From Candidatus Nitrospinota bacterium M3_3B_026 (GTDB lineage: Bacteria > Nitrospinota_A > UBA7883 > JBPRGF01): 64,000 nt of DNA. The translations under genes and the position numbers were made by a program. The notes under the pieces are model-generated. The model was not told the origin of the DNA. It did no database searches and saw nothing but the letters and a program-made list of their open reading frames with translations. Below are positions 43,187 to 52,994 of this stretch, in pieces. Location: contig JBPRGF010000018.1 in NCBI GenBank assembly GCA_051418015.1, forward strand, positions 32,001 through 96,000. Reading direction: 5' to 3'. Every line of letters begins with the position of its first letter. Positions within the stretch are counted from its first letter, which is position 1.

Positions 43187-43232
43187 TAAAGGCATTCGGC
43201 TTCATTCGGTTTTTTTCCGCGAAGGTGAGAAG

Positions 43233-43877
43233 ATGTTTACGGGAATAGTGGAGACGATGGGAAGGGTGGCCTCCGTCCGGAGGTCGAGCGGCGGCATGTC
43301 CATCGACGTCGACGCCGCGGGCGCCGTCCCGGACCCCAAGACCGGCGAGAGCGTCGCCGTCAACGGCGTCTGCCTGACCGTGACCGCCTCCAGGGGGGAT
43401 GTTCTCTCCTTCGACGTGTCGAAAGAGACACTGGCCCGCTCGACGTTCCGGGACGCCGGTCCCGGCGACATGGTGAACATAGAACGCGCCATGAGGATGG
43501 GCGACAGGCTGGGGGGGCACCTTGTCTCCGGCCACGTGGACGCCGTGGGAAAGGTGGCGAAGGTGGCGCCCTCGGGCGAGGGGTTCGATCTGGAGGTGGC
43601 GATCCCGGGGGAGGGGATGAAATACGTGATCGAAAAAGGCTCCATAGCTATCGACGGGATAAGCCTGACGGTGGCGTCGAAACACGAACGGTCCATAACC
43701 ATCGCGATCATTCCGCACACATGGGAGGCGACGGCGCTGCGTGACAAAAACCCCGGTTCGACGGTAAACATCGAATATGATATGATCGCCAAATACGTCG
43801 AAAACTTTGTAAAACCTGAAAATACTTCCAGAGGCGGTCTGGACGAGGGTTTTTTGAGAGGTGCCGGTTTTCTCTAG
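43233..43877 (+). CDS. ribE: Riboflavin synthase
   Basis: [22 protein letters not shown]. Confidence 0.95.
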   Translation: MFTGIVETMGRVASVRRSSGGMSIDVDAAGAVPDPKTGESVAVNGVCLTVTASRGDVLSFDVSKETLARSTFRDAGPGDMVNIERAMRMGDRLGGHLVSGHVDAVGKVAKVAPSGEGFDLEVAIPGEGMKYVIEKGSIAIDGISLTVASKHERSITIAIIPHTWEATALRDKNPGSTVNIEYDMIAKYVENFVKPENTSRGGLDEGFLRGAGFL

Positions 43878-43952
43878 GACGGGACGGCGCGGACGGAGGC
43901 TCCGGGCTGGAGCGTGGTAAAAAATATTTCAAGCCGCTGCGGTTTTAAAGGT

Positions 43953-45191
43953 ATGGAACAGCGAGACGAAAACAGGAAGTTCAACACGATAGAAGAAGCC
44001 GTCGAGGAGCTTCGCGCCGGGCGGATGGTGATCCTCATAGACGACGAGGATCGGGAGAACGAGGGAGACCTCGTCCTGGCCGCCGAGAAGGCCACGCCGG
44101 AGGCGATAAACTTCATGGCCAGGGAGGGGCGCGGGCTCATCTGCCTTTCGCTGACCCCGGAGCGGTGCGACGAGCTTGGCCTTCCCTTGATGGTCAGGGA
44201 GAACGAGTCGCAGTTCGGCACGGGTTTCACCGTCTCCATAGAGGCGCGCCGCGGCGTCACCACCGGCATATCCGCCGCCGACAGGAGCGTCACGGTGCGG
44301 ACCGCCATCGACCCCGGGACCGGGCCGGAGGACCTCGTCCGCCCTGGGCACATCTTCCCCCTGAGGGCGAAGAAGGGAGGAGTGCTCGTCCGGGTGGGGC
44401 AGACGGAGGGGTCCGTCGATCTTTGCAGGATAGCGGGGCTTTATCCGGCGGGGGTGATCTGCGAGATCATGAACGAGGACGGGACCATGGCCCGCGTCCC
44501 GCAGCTCAAGGAGTTCGCCGCCAGGAGCGGCCTGAAGATAATCACCGTCAAGGATATAGTCGAGCACAGGCTCAAAAACGAGCTTTTCGTGCGCCGCGCC
44601 GTCGAGACCGTCATCCCGACCAAGCACGGCGAGTTCAAGGCCGTCGCCTACGACAACGCCATTAACGACGAAATACACCTGGCGCTTTTGAAAGGCGACG
44701 TGGGCGGGGACGAGCCCTGCCTCACCCGGGTGCACTCCCAGTGCCTCACCGGCGACGTGTTCGGCTCGCAACGGTGCGACTGCGGCGACCAGCTCGACCT
44801 CGCCATGGAGATGATCTCCAAAGAGGGGCGCGGCGTCCTGCTCTACCTTTTCCAGGAGGGTAGGGGCATCGGGCTTTTGAACAAGCTCAAGGCTTACGCG
44901 TTGCAGGACCAGGGCCACGACACCGTGGAGGCGAACCACCACCTCGGCTTCAAGGCCGACCTGCGCGACTACGGGATCGGCGCCCAGATACTGCGCGACC
45001 TGGGCTTGCGGAAAATACGGCTCATAACCAACAACCCGCGCAAGATCGTCGGCCTCGACGGCTACGGGCTGACGATCGTGGAGAGAGTGCCCGCCGTCTG
45101 CGAGCCGAGGGAGAGCAACATACGCTACCTGGCGGCCAAGCAGGACAAGCTCGGCCACCTGCTGGACATCAAAAAGACAACGGACGCCTGA
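43953..45191 (+). CDS. ribBA: DHBP synthase / GTP cyclohydrolase II
   Basis: [35 protein letters not shown]. Confidence 0.96.
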   Translation: MEQRDENRKFNTIEEAVEELRAGRMVILIDDEDRENEGDLVLAAEKATPEAINFMAREGRGLICLSLTPERCDELGLPLMVRENESQFGTGFTVSIEARRGVTTGISAADRSVTVRTAIDPGTGPEDLVRPGHIFPLRAKKGGVLVRVGQTEGSVDLCRIAGLYPAGVICEIMNEDGTMARVPQLKEFAARSGLKIITVKDIVEHRLKNELFVRRAVETVIPTKHGEFKAVAYDNAINDEIHLALLKGDVGGDEPCLTRVHSQCLTGDVFGSQRCDCGDQLDLAMEMISKEGRGVLLYLFQEGRGIGLLNKLKAYALQDQGHDTVEANHHLGFKADLRDYGIGAQILRDLGLRKIRLITNNPRKIVGLDGYGLTIVERVPAVCEPRESNIRYLAAKQDKLGHLLDIKKTTDA

Positions 45192-45208
45192 GAGGACAGG
45201 GGAGGAGA

Positions 45209-45673
45209 ATGGTAAACCGCATGGAAGGCGCCCTCGACGGCGCCGGGGCGAAGGTGGGGATAGTGGTGAGCAGGTTCAACGAGTTCCTGACCGGCAGGCT
45301 GCTGGACGGGGCGGTGGACTGTCTTGTACGTCACGGCGTCGCCGACGGCGGCATAGACGTCTGTTACACGCCCGGAGCGTTCGAGATACCGTTCGTGGCC
45401 AGGAAGATGGCCGCGTCCGGCAAGTACAACGCGGTGATAACCCTGGGCGCGGTGATCCGCGGGGCGACTCCCCATTTCGAATACGTCGCCGCGGAGGTCT
45501 CCAAGGGCGTCGCGCAGGCGATGATGGAGACGGATATCCCGATCTCTTTCGGTGTGCTCACCGTGGACACGATCGAGCAGGGCGTGGAGCGGGCCGGGAC
45601 GAAATCCGGCAACAAGGGCTGGGACGCGGCGCTCTCCGCCCTGGAAATGATAAGCCTCAACAAGAAGCTTTAG
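45209..45673 (+). CDS. ribH: Lumazine synthase
   Basis: [26 protein letters not shown]. Confidence 0.96.
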   Translation: MVNRMEGALDGAGAKVGIVVSRFNEFLTGRLLDGAVDCLVRHGVADGGIDVCYTPGAFEIPFVARKMAASGKYNAVITLGAVIRGATPHFEYVAAEVSKGVAQAMMETDIPISFGVLTVDTIEQGVERAGTKSGNKGWDAALSALEMISLNKKL

Positions 45674-45724
45674 GACGGCGCCGGTGTTGAAGCTTGCCGT
45701 CTCCCGGCCGGGCCTTCGTTTGAG

Positions 45725-46144
45725 ATGAGCGGGCGGCGCAGGTCGCGCGAGGCGGCCGTGAAGATACTGTACCGGGTGGATCTTGCCGGCGGCGGGGACA
45801 TCGGCGAGGCCATGGACGACTATTTCGGCGCGGAGCCTTCCGGGAGCCCGGGGCGGGATTTCACGGAGAGCCTCGTCCGCGGCGTCATTGGAAGGCTCGG
45901 CGAGATAGACTCGAAGATCTCCGGCCTGCTGGAGCGATGGACGCTGGACAGGCTGGGCTACCTGGAGCGGGCGATCCTTAGGATGGCCGTGTACGAGATG
46001 TACTATGAGCCCGCCACCCCGGACAAGGTGGTGATAGACGAGGCCGTGGAGATCGCCAAGAAATATTGCGAGGCGGATTCCGCCGGATTTGTGAACGGTG
46101 TTCTGGACAGGGCGATGAGGGAGAAGACCGCCTCCGCCCCATGA
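45725..46144 (+). CDS. nusB: Transcription antitermination factor
   Basis: RRRSRE, VVIDEAVEIAK, FVNGVLD; follows ribH. Confidence 0.95.
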   Translation: MSGRRRSREAAVKILYRVDLAGGGDIGEAMDDYFGAEPSGSPGRDFTESLVRGVIGRLGEIDSKISGLLERWTLDRLGYLERAILRMAVYEMYYEPATPDKVVIDEAVEIAKKYCEADSAGFVNGVLDRAMREKTASAP

Positions 46145-46208
46145 ACCTTTGGCCCCTCCGGGAGCGGGCGGCGGAGGCCCGGCGCCCGGAGGCTTGAAGC
46201 TTGACCTT

Positions 46209-46937
46209 ATGCGCTACGCTCTTCTTTCCGACGCCCACTCCAACCTGGAGGCTTTCGACGCCGTGATAGCGGACGTGAAAAGCTACGGGGTGGACAGGGT
46301 GCTTTTCCTGGGGGACATCGTGGGATACGGCCCGAACCCCAACGAGTGCATCGACAGGCTCCTGAAGGTGGCGGACCTGTCGCTGGGCGGAAATCACGAC
46401 TGGGCCGTCGTGGGCAAGACTCCGGTGGACTACTTCAACCCCTACGCCAGGGAGGCGGTGGACTGGACGATGGAGGTGTTGAGGGAGGACCACAAGGACT
46501 TCCTGAAAAGGACCCGCGCCATCGATATCTTCGACAACTTCCAGGTGGCCCACTCCACCCCCTGCCTGCCCGAAGAGTGGCGCTACATAATGTCCCAGAC
46601 GGAGGCGATGGAAAATTACCCCTGCATACAGGGGGACACCTGCTTCATCGGCCACTCCCATCAGCCGATTGTCATAGAATACGAGACCCAGACCAGCGTG
46701 AGGGTCCACCGGGACTCGTACAAGATACTCGATCACGACAGGAAATACATCGTGAACGTCGGCTCCGTGGGGCAGCCCAGGGACGGGGACGTGAGGGCCT
46801 GCTGGGTCGCGTACGACTCCGAGGTCGGCTCCGTGGAGTTCCGCCGCGTCCCCTACGACGTCGCCGCCGTCCAGGAGAAGATGCGGCGGATAGGCCTGCC
46901 CCGGTATCTTGTCGACAGGATCGCGGTGGGGCGGTGA
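46209..46937 (+). CDS. Metallophosphoesterase family protein
   Basis: SDAHSN, GDIVGYG, GNHD, GHSH, NVGSVGQPRDGD. Confidence 0.9.
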   Translation: MRYALLSDAHSNLEAFDAVIADVKSYGVDRVLFLGDIVGYGPNPNECIDRLLKVADLSLGGNHDWAVVGKTPVDYFNPYAREAVDWTMEVLREDHKDFLKRTRAIDIFDNFQVAHSTPCLPEEWRYIMSQTEAMENYPCIQGDTCFIGHSHQPIVIEYETQTSVRVHRDSYKILDHDRKYIVNVGSVGQPRDGDVRACWVAYDSEVGSVEFRRVPYDVAAVQEKMRRIGLPRYLVDRIAVGR

Positions 46938-46956
46938 CGCGGCGGAGGAAAAAACC

Positions 46957-48012
46957 ATGCCCAGGATGAGCCCGTCGGTTTTCGCGAAGGCCCTCTCGAA
47001 GGCCGACTTCAGGCCCGAGCCGGTCTACCTCGTCTACGGCTCCGAGCCGAGGCGCGTGGCGGACGCGGCGGCCAGGCTGAAAGACAAAATCCTGCCCTCG
47101 GCCGGGGGGGACAACTATTTCCGCTACACCAGGCTCGGCGACGGCGTCGACGACCCCACGGCCGGGGACATTGTCGCGGCGCTCAACACCGTCTCCATGT
47201 TCGGCGGCGGCAAGCTGGTGTGGCTCGGCCCGCTGGAGTCCGTCAAAAAAGACGACGCGAAGACGCTGACCGAATACGTCAAAAACCCCGCCCCGGGCTC
47301 CACGCTGATCCTGACCTTCGCCGCGCCAAAAGGGGACAGAAAAGCCCTGGCCGCCTTCGAGAAGACCAGGCTGGCCAAAGAGGCCGAGGCCGCGTGGCCG
47401 GTGGTGAGGTTCACCCCGCCCAGGGGAGACGAGATTTTCAGGTGGGCCGAAGGCAGGCTCCGCGCAAGGGGAGCCGCCATAGACCGGCCCGCCCTGGAGC
47501 GGCTGATGGAGCTTTGCGGCCGCGACCTGGACCGCCTCTCTGGAGAAGTGGAAAAACTCTCCAACTACGCGGACGACAGCGCAAAGATATCCCTCGACGA
47601 CGTGGAGACGGCGGTGGGCGACCACCGGGAGGACAAGCTCTGGGACCTGACAAGGGCCTTCCGCCAAAGAGGCCGGAAAGCCGCCGCGGCGGCGCTTTCG
47701 AACCTGCTGGGGCAGAACCTGCCGAGCCAGCTTATCCTGAAAGTCCTCACCACCGAGCTTCTGCGGATGGCCGCCGCCGGGAGCCTGCGCGGCCGGGGGG
47801 AGCCTTTCGAGGCGTTCGCCGCCGCCGCGGGAGGGCCCGTTTTCCCTCTCCGCGAGGCGTGGGCGGACTGCGGCAAGTGGCCGCGGGAGGACATCCTGGA
47901 CGGCCTGAGGCGGATCATGGCCGCGAACATGACAATACTTGTGAAAGGCGCCCCGCCCGAGACGGTGCTGGCCGGCCTCGTGGCGGAGATGACAGGAGCC
48001 CGCCGGCGCTGA
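46957..48012 (+). CDS. holA: DNA polymerase III delta subunit
   Basis: PVYLVYGSE, SMFGG.KLV, EVEKL; convergent with rpsT as is typical. Confidence 0.85.
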   Translation: MPRMSPSVFAKALSKADFRPEPVYLVYGSEPRRVADAAARLKDKILPSAGGDNYFRYTRLGDGVDDPTAGDIVAALNTVSMFGGGKLVWLGPLESVKKDDAKTLTEYVKNPAPGSTLILTFAAPKGDRKALAAFEKTRLAKEAEAAWPVVRFTPPRGDEIFRWAEGRLRARGAAIDRPALERLMELCGRDLDRLSGEVEKLSNYADDSAKISLDDVETAVGDHREDKLWDLTRAFRQRGRKAAAAALSNLLGQNLPSQLILKVLTTELLRMAAAGSLRGRGEPFEAFAAAAGGPVFPLREAWADCGKWPREDILDGLRRIMAANMTILVKGAPPETVLAGLVAEMTGARRR

Positions 48013-48046
48013 GCCGGGGCCGGGAGGAAACCGCCACCCGGCGGCT

Positions 48047-48310
48047 TCAACCCATCTTGTTTATCTGGGCGGCGAGGCGGGATATCCTGCGGGAGGCGTT
48101 GTTCTTCTTGAGGACCCCCTTGGACGCGGCGGAGTTCAGCCGGGACGCGGCCGCCCTCAGGGCCTTCTCGGCCTCCTCCTTGCTCCCGGACTCCACGGCC
48201 TCGCGGACGCGTTTCACCGCCGTGCGGGCGCGGGAGCGCTCGGCCATGTTGCGGGTGGTCCTCTTCTTGATCTGCCTTACCCTTTTTATGGCTGACTTGT
48301 GGTTCGGCAC
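48047..48310 (-). CDS. rpsT: 30S ribosomal protein S20
   Basis: NHKSAIKRVRQ...KGVLKKNNASRRISRL. Confidence 0.96.
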   Translation of the reverse strand: MPNHKSAIKRVRQIKKRTTRNMAERSRARTAVKRVREAVESGSKEEAEKALRAAASRLNSAASKGVLKKNNASRRISRLAAQINKMG

Positions 48311-48342
48311 CGTCTCAAAACCTCTCAGTTGAAAAATTAAAC

Positions 48343-48372
48343 ATTATGCTCCGCCCAGCCCGGCCAAGTCAA
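48343..48372 (-). promoter_or_regulatory. Sigma70-type promoter of rpsT
   Basis: TTGACT-N18-CATAAT on the minus strand. Confidence 0.55.
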
Positions 48373-48407
48373 CAGAAGAAATGGCCCGGCCCGCGCGTTC
48401 GGCTGGG

Positions 48408-48803
48408 CTACATCCAGCCCCTGTCCATCGCGAAGATCATCGCGCCCGTCACGAGGGCGGCCGTCCACAGGACGGAGTAGACGCCGGCGAGGGGCATGTG
48501 CGCCCCCCTTTTGCCGGCCAGGCCGGTTATGGCAAGCAAAACCAGCCATGGCGGGATGAGATATATAATCGCCAGGTGGATGTTCATGATCCATTCCGGC
48601 GCGCCTCCCCCCATGGTGTAGCCGAGCCTCACAAGGACCACCACCGCCGCCGAGGCCACCCACGTGGACACCGCGTGGGCGCCGGCGATCTTTTTGTGTT
48701 TTTCCTTCTCCTGTTTCAGGGCCAGGACGCCCGCCCACACGAAAAGCGCCGTCAGGATCGGCACGACCCCCTCGACGGCGTAAAGCAGCAGGTTGCTTTT
48801 CAC
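48408..48803 (-). CDS. DUF420-like four-TM membrane protein
   Basis: Four hydrophobic helices with His residues (HKK, IH, AH); GTG start overlapping the SCO stop. Confidence 0.6.
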   Translation of the reverse strand: MKSNLLLYAVEGVVPILTALFVWAGVLALKQEKEKHKKIAGAHAVSTWVASAAVVVLVRLGYTMGGGAPEWIMNIHLAIIYLIPPWLVLLAITGLAGKRGAHMPLAGVYSVLWTAALVTGAMIFAMDRGWM

Positions 48804-49504
48804 TTCTCCTCCTTTTCGATGTCGCGGGCCGCGGCGGCGTATTCCTCCTTCGCCCGCTCGATGGGCCGCAGCAGCTGTTCGTCGGAATACGACGGGCCCA
48901 TGACCTGTTCGTGGACGAAACCGCCCGGCGCCACGATGGTCACTCCCACCGTGTGCCTCCACATCATCCCCTGCGGCTCGTAGATTATCCCCAGCCTGTC
49001 GGCGAGGGCTTTTATCGTTTCGGGGTCGCCGGTCACGAATTTCCAGCTCTCGAAGCTGTCGGTGAAACCCTCTCCGTAGCGGCGCAGGGCCTCGACGGTG
49101 TCGTTCTCGACGTCGAAGCCGACGCTCACGATCCTGAAGTCCTTTCCGAGTCTCTCCTCGTTGTCCCGGGCGAACCGGGAGAGACTCGACGTGATGGCGG
49201 GGCAGACGTCCTGGCAGGAGGTGAAGATGTAGGAGACGATCAACGGTTTGTCATACCATTCGCCGAGATCGAACCGTCCGCCGTCCTGGCCGGTGAAGAC
49301 GTATGAGGGCGAAAGCCTGTTCCCGACGGCTTTTCGGGCGATCTTGAAGGGGGAGGCCATCTCCTGCCCGGCGGGCGGCTTCGGCGGCTCAGGCGGCGGG
49401 AACATGGCCTTCAACGCCGCCCGGACGGCGAAGGCCACCGTGACGATGATGATCAGGGATCCTATGTATCTTAAAACTTTCAACCTGACATTGGTCTCGC
49501 TCAT
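48800..49504 (-). CDS. SCO family copper chaperone
   Basis: TM anchor, FTSCQDVCP (CxxxC), WKFVTG, conserved His (WRHT). Confidence 0.85.
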   Translation of the reverse strand: MSETNVRLKVLRYIGSLIIIVTVAFAVRAALKAMFPPPEPPKPPAGQEMASPFKIARKAVGNRLSPSYVFTGQDGGRFDLGEWYDKPLIVSYIFTSCQDVCPAITSSLSRFARDNEERLGKDFRIVSVGFDVENDTVEALRRYGEGFTDSFESWKFVTGDPETIKALADRLGIIYEPQGMMWRHTVGVTIVAPGGFVHEQVMGPSYSDEQLLRPIERAKEEYAAAARDIEKEEK

Positions 49505-49514
49505 GACTTCAGCC

Positions 49515-50129
49515 TCAAAGGTCCTTCAGCGTCACTTTCCTGTTTTTCGTTTTCAGCCTCTCGGCGGCTATGATGGCCGCAAGCTCGTCCACGGCCCTCT
49601 CCAGGACGTCGTTGACGACGTTGTAGTCGTAGTCCGGCGCGCGCTTTATCTCCGCCCGGGCGTTTTCCAGCCGGACGCGCAACGCCTCGGCGGACTCGCC
49701 CCCCCTGCCGGAGAGCCGCCGCTCGAGCTCGGCCATGGACGGCGGCAGGAGGAAGATCGGCGCCACGTTCAGGCCCGTCCCCCGCAGCGCGTCGGCGCCC
49801 TGGGTGTCGATGTCCAGCAGCAGGTCGCGCCGCCGCGCAAGCTCCTCTTTTATCATCGTTTTCGACGTGCCGTACCGGGCGGTGTGCACCTTCGCCCACT
49901 CCAGGAACTCGCCGCGCTCGATCATTCCGTCGAAGGTTTTGTCGTCGACGAAGTGGTAGTCCCTGCCGTCGGCCTCGCCCTCGCGGGGCTTTCTCGTGGT
50001 GTGGGATACGGACATGGAAAGGTCCGGCAGGCGCTCGAGGAGCAGGGCGGCCGCGGTCGTCTTCCCCGCGCCGGAGGGGGCGGAGAGGACGAAGAGTATC
50101 CCCTCGCGTTCGATGGAGTATCCGCTCAT
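49515..50129 (-). CDS. gmk: Guanylate kinase
   Basis: SAPSGAGKT, SHTTRKPREGE.DG.DYHF, DIDTQGA. Confidence 0.96.
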   Translation of the reverse strand: MSGYSIEREGILFVLSAPSGAGKTTAAALLLERLPDLSMSVSHTTRKPREGEADGRDYHFVDDKTFDGMIERGEFLEWAKVHTARYGTSKTMIKEELARRRDLLLDIDTQGADALRGTGLNVAPIFLLPPSMAELERRLSGRGGESAEALRVRLENARAEIKRAPDYDYNVVNDVLERAVDELAAIIAAERLKTKNRKVTLKDL

Positions 50130-51007
50130 TCGATGTTCTGCGCCTGCTCCCTTATCTTCTCCACCTCGCTTTTGATTTCCACCACGAGGTTGGTCGCCTC
50201 CGGCGAGGCGCTTTTTGAGCCTATGGTGTTCGCCTCGCGGTTTATCTCCTGGGTGAAAAACTCCAGCTTGCGTCCGACCGGCTCCTCCAGGGCCAGGAGC
50301 CCCCCCATCTGGGCGAGATGGCTTTTCAGGCGGTCGATCTCCTCCGACACGTCGAGCTTGTCCGCCAGGATGGCGGCCTCCTGGATGAGCCTGTTTTCGT
50401 CCAGGCCGGTGTCCCCGGCCAGCCTATCCACCTTCGCTTTCAGCTTGTCGAAGCGCTCGCCGGGGACTTTGGTGTTCTCCGCCTCGATCCTTTCCACGAG
50501 GGCGGCGATGGCGGAGAGCCTGCCCTGTATGTCCCGCGCCGCTATAGCGCCCTCGACGGCCCTGGCCTGCTCCACCTGGCCCAGCGCGCCAGCGAGGGCG
50601 GTCTTCAGGACGGGGCCTATGGCGTCGGCCGAAAGCTCCTGGCCGGAGACGCTGAAAAGGTCCTTTATCTGCAAAAGCTCGCCGAAGGCGGGGGGGGAGG
50701 GTACATCGAACCTGTTGGAAAGCTCCACCGCGGCCTTCATGTAGCCCGCCAGCAGCGGTTCGTTGACGGTCACGCTCACGGCGTCGTCCCCACCCTCCCG
50801 GGAGACGGTCACGGATACCTCGAAATACCCCCGGGTGAATCTCTCCTTCACCGCTTTCCTGACAAGCTCCTCGACGGGGAGTATCCTGCCCGTGGACTTT
50901 ACGTTCACCTCCATGAAGCGGTGGTTGACGCTTCTGGCCTCGACGGTGACCTTGAGCCCCTCCGTCTCCTCCTCGGCCCGGCCATAGCCGGTCATGGAGA
51001 GCGCCAT
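50126..51007 (-). CDS. yicC: YicC/YloC family endoribonuclease
   Basis: SMTGYG, SVNHR, GRKLEF..QE.NRE.NTIGSK, REQAQNIE. Confidence 0.93.
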   Translation of the reverse strand: MALSMTGYGRAEEETEGLKVTVEARSVNHRFMEVNVKSTGRILPVEELVRKAVKERFTRGYFEVSVTVSREGGDDAVSVTVNEPLLAGYMKAAVELSNRFDVPSPPAFGELLQIKDLFSVSGQELSADAIGPVLKTALAGALGQVEQARAVEGAIAARDIQGRLSAIAALVERIEAENTKVPGERFDKLKAKVDRLAGDTGLDENRLIQEAAILADKLDVSEEIDRLKSHLAQMGGLLALEEPVGRKLEFFTQEINREANTIGSKSASPEATNLVVEIKSEVEKIREQAQNIE

Positions 51008-51009
51008 GG

Positions 51010-51411
51010 TTATATCGAGACGGGGTTCCAGGCAAGGTGGGCGATCATCTCTATCTCCACCAGCGCGCCCTTGGGAAGGGCGGCCACCTGGACCGCGCTC
51101 CTGGCGGGGGGATGGTCGGTGAAACAGCCTGAGTATATCTCGTTGACTTTGGGGTAGTCGTTCATGTCGGCGAGGTAGATCACGCTCTTGACCACGTTCT
51201 CGAAGTTGGCCCCGGCCTCGCCGAGCACCGCCTCGAGGTTCATCAGCGCCCGCCTGGCCTGGGGCTCGACTCCCCCTTCCACGAGCTCGCCGGTGGAAGG
51301 GTCCAGCCCTATCTGCCCGGAGGCGTACACCATGTCCCCCACGACCACCGCCTGCGAGTATGGGCCTATGGCGGCGGGGGCGTTGTTCGTGCTTATTATC
51401 TTCTTTTCCAT
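51010..51411 (-). CDS. RidA family enamine/imine deaminase
   Basis: APAAIGPYSQA, SGQIG, PARSAVQVAALPKG.LVEIE. Confidence 0.93.
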   Translation of the reverse strand: MEKKIISTNNAPAAIGPYSQAVVVGDMVYASGQIGLDPSTGELVEGGVEPQARRALMNLEAVLGEAGANFENVVKSVIYLADMNDYPKVNEIYSGCFTDHPPARSAVQVAALPKGALVEIEMIAHLAWNPVSI

Positions 51412-51555
51412 GAGCAAGATATTGTAGCGCAAAGACGGTTTAAGGCAAAATGGATGAAAATTTCGGCGGCGGCCGGTTTGAATGTTTTCCGAGAAGGAGC
51501 TTGATTTGCTCTCAAACCGTCCCACCGCCGGAAAACTCAGCTTCCCGGGGGGCCT

Positions 51556-52122
51556 TTGAGAACCTTTCGAGCGAAGGAAAACGCCGTGCGGCGCCGGGCC
51601 TGGGGGGCGCTTGCGGCTTACGCGCTTTTCATATACGTTTCCCTGCCCTTCGCCAGGACGATCTCCGAGCAACTCAGCGAGCGGGGCGTTCTGACATTCG
51701 CCGTGTACCTTGCCGCCGCCGCGGCGCTGGCGGCGTACATCGCGTTCAACGCAAGGCTTCTTCTCCTGTGGCGGCCCGTTTCCCTGGTCATGCTCGCCTG
51801 CCTGGCGGCGCTCTTCGCGGTGTTCATGCTTTATCTTGACGTCCCGGCGGAGCGGTTTCACCTGGTGGAGTATTCGGTCATGGGGTGGCTTGCCCACAGG
51901 GCCGCGAGGACGACCTTCGACGGCTGGCGGGTCTTCGCGGCGGCGTTTTTCGTGACGGCCCTGGCCGGCCTGGTAGACGAGGTCATACAGCTCGCTCTCC
52001 CGCGGAGGGTGTATGATTGGCGGGATGTCTTCTTCAACGGCGCGGGGGGCGTCTTCGGGCTGCTTTTCGTCTGGCTGGCGGACCGCGAGCGGAGGAGGAT
52101 TTTCGGGGAGGCGGGAAAGTGA
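51556..52122 (+). CDS. VanZ-like membrane protein
   Basis: E..HLVEY, DE.IQ..LP.RVYDWRDV..N; start uncertain. Confidence 0.75.
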   Translation: MRTFRAKENAVRRRAWGALAAYALFIYVSLPFARTISEQLSERGVLTFAVYLAAAAALAAYIAFNARLLLLWRPVSLVMLACLAALFAVFMLYLDVPAERFHLVEYSVMGWLAHRAARTTFDGWRVFAAAFFVTALAGLVDEVIQLALPRRVYDWRDVFFNGAGGVFGLLFVWLADRERRRIFGEAGK

Positions 52123-52967
52123 GTCTTCTGAAGAGCATCTCCATCGCGCTCATTCTTATCCTGGCGGCTCCCGCCAGCGCAGCCGAAAAACTTTCGATAA
52201 GGTTTCTCGACGCGGGGGAGGGGGACTCCATCCTGATAGCGGCCCCCGGCGGCCAGACGGCGCTGGTGGACACCGGCAACCTCATCTCCGGCCATGACGT
52301 CACCGAGAGGCTGATCGGGCTCGGCGTGGACAAGATAGACCATCTTATCCTCACCCATCCGCACATGGACCACGTGGGGGGCGTTTTCCACGTGATGCGG
52401 CGGATCGAGACGGCAAGGGTCTATGACAACGGAGAAAACCTTTCGGAGCTTGCGGCCTCGTCGGACTTCTACCGCTGGTATGGCGGCCTTGTCAGGGAGA
52501 GCGGGCGCTACGCCGTGCTGAGGGCGGGGGATTTTATCGGCATGGGGGATGTCAGGCTGAAAATCCTGTGGCCTCCGGAAAAGCTTTTCTCACCGGCGTT
52601 GAATCCCGATTCGATGGTCATTCTCGTGGAATACGGAAAATTCCGCGCCCTCCTGGCGGGCGATCTTGTGACAGAGGGGGAGGAGGGGCTGATGGGAACC
52701 GGAGCCGATCTTGCCGCCGATGTCCTGAAAGTGGGGCATCACGGCTCCATTCACGCAAGCTCCGGGAAGTTTCTGAAAGCCGTCTTGCCCTCCGTGGCGG
52801 TGATAAGCGTCGACGAGGGCAACGTCAGGGGCTACCCCTCCGGAGAGGTCATGGAACGCCTGCGCGGCATTGGCGCGAAAGTCCACCGGACCGGCAGGGA
52901 CGGCGAGATTTTCGTCTCCGCCGGCCCGGACGGGGTGATGGAGGTCAAAACCCTCCGTGTCCCCTGA
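52119..52967 (+). CDS. Secreted ComEC/Rec2-type MBL-fold hydrolase
   Basis: Signal peptide, GEGDS, THPHMDHVGG, LAGD, LKVGHHGS. Confidence 0.85.
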   Translation: MSLLKSISIALILILAAPASAAEKLSIRFLDAGEGDSILIAAPGGQTALVDTGNLISGHDVTERLIGLGVDKIDHLILTHPHMDHVGGVFHVMRRIETARVYDNGENLSELAASSDFYRWYGGLVRESGRYAVLRAGDFIGMGDVRLKILWPPEKLFSPALNPDSMVILVEYGKFRALLAGDLVTEGEEGLMGTGADLAADVLKVGHHGSIHASSGKFLKAVLPSVAVISVDEGNVRGYPSGEVMERLRGIGAKVHRTGRDGEIFVSAGPDGVMEVKTLRVP

Positions 52968-52987
52968 AAAAAAGCCGCCGAGGCGGC
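52967..52987 (-). terminator. Terminator after jag
   Basis: A7 tract plus gccgc-cgag-gcggc hairpin between convergent genes. Confidence 0.55.
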
Positions 52988-52994
52988 CCCGGGC

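Noticed and set aside
51412..51897. Long N-terminal extension of RidA (similar over-extensions for guaA, the PASTA gene and the DUF420-like gene)
   Set aside because: Artefacts of taking the most upstream start; they overlap neighbouring genes or intergenic DNA.
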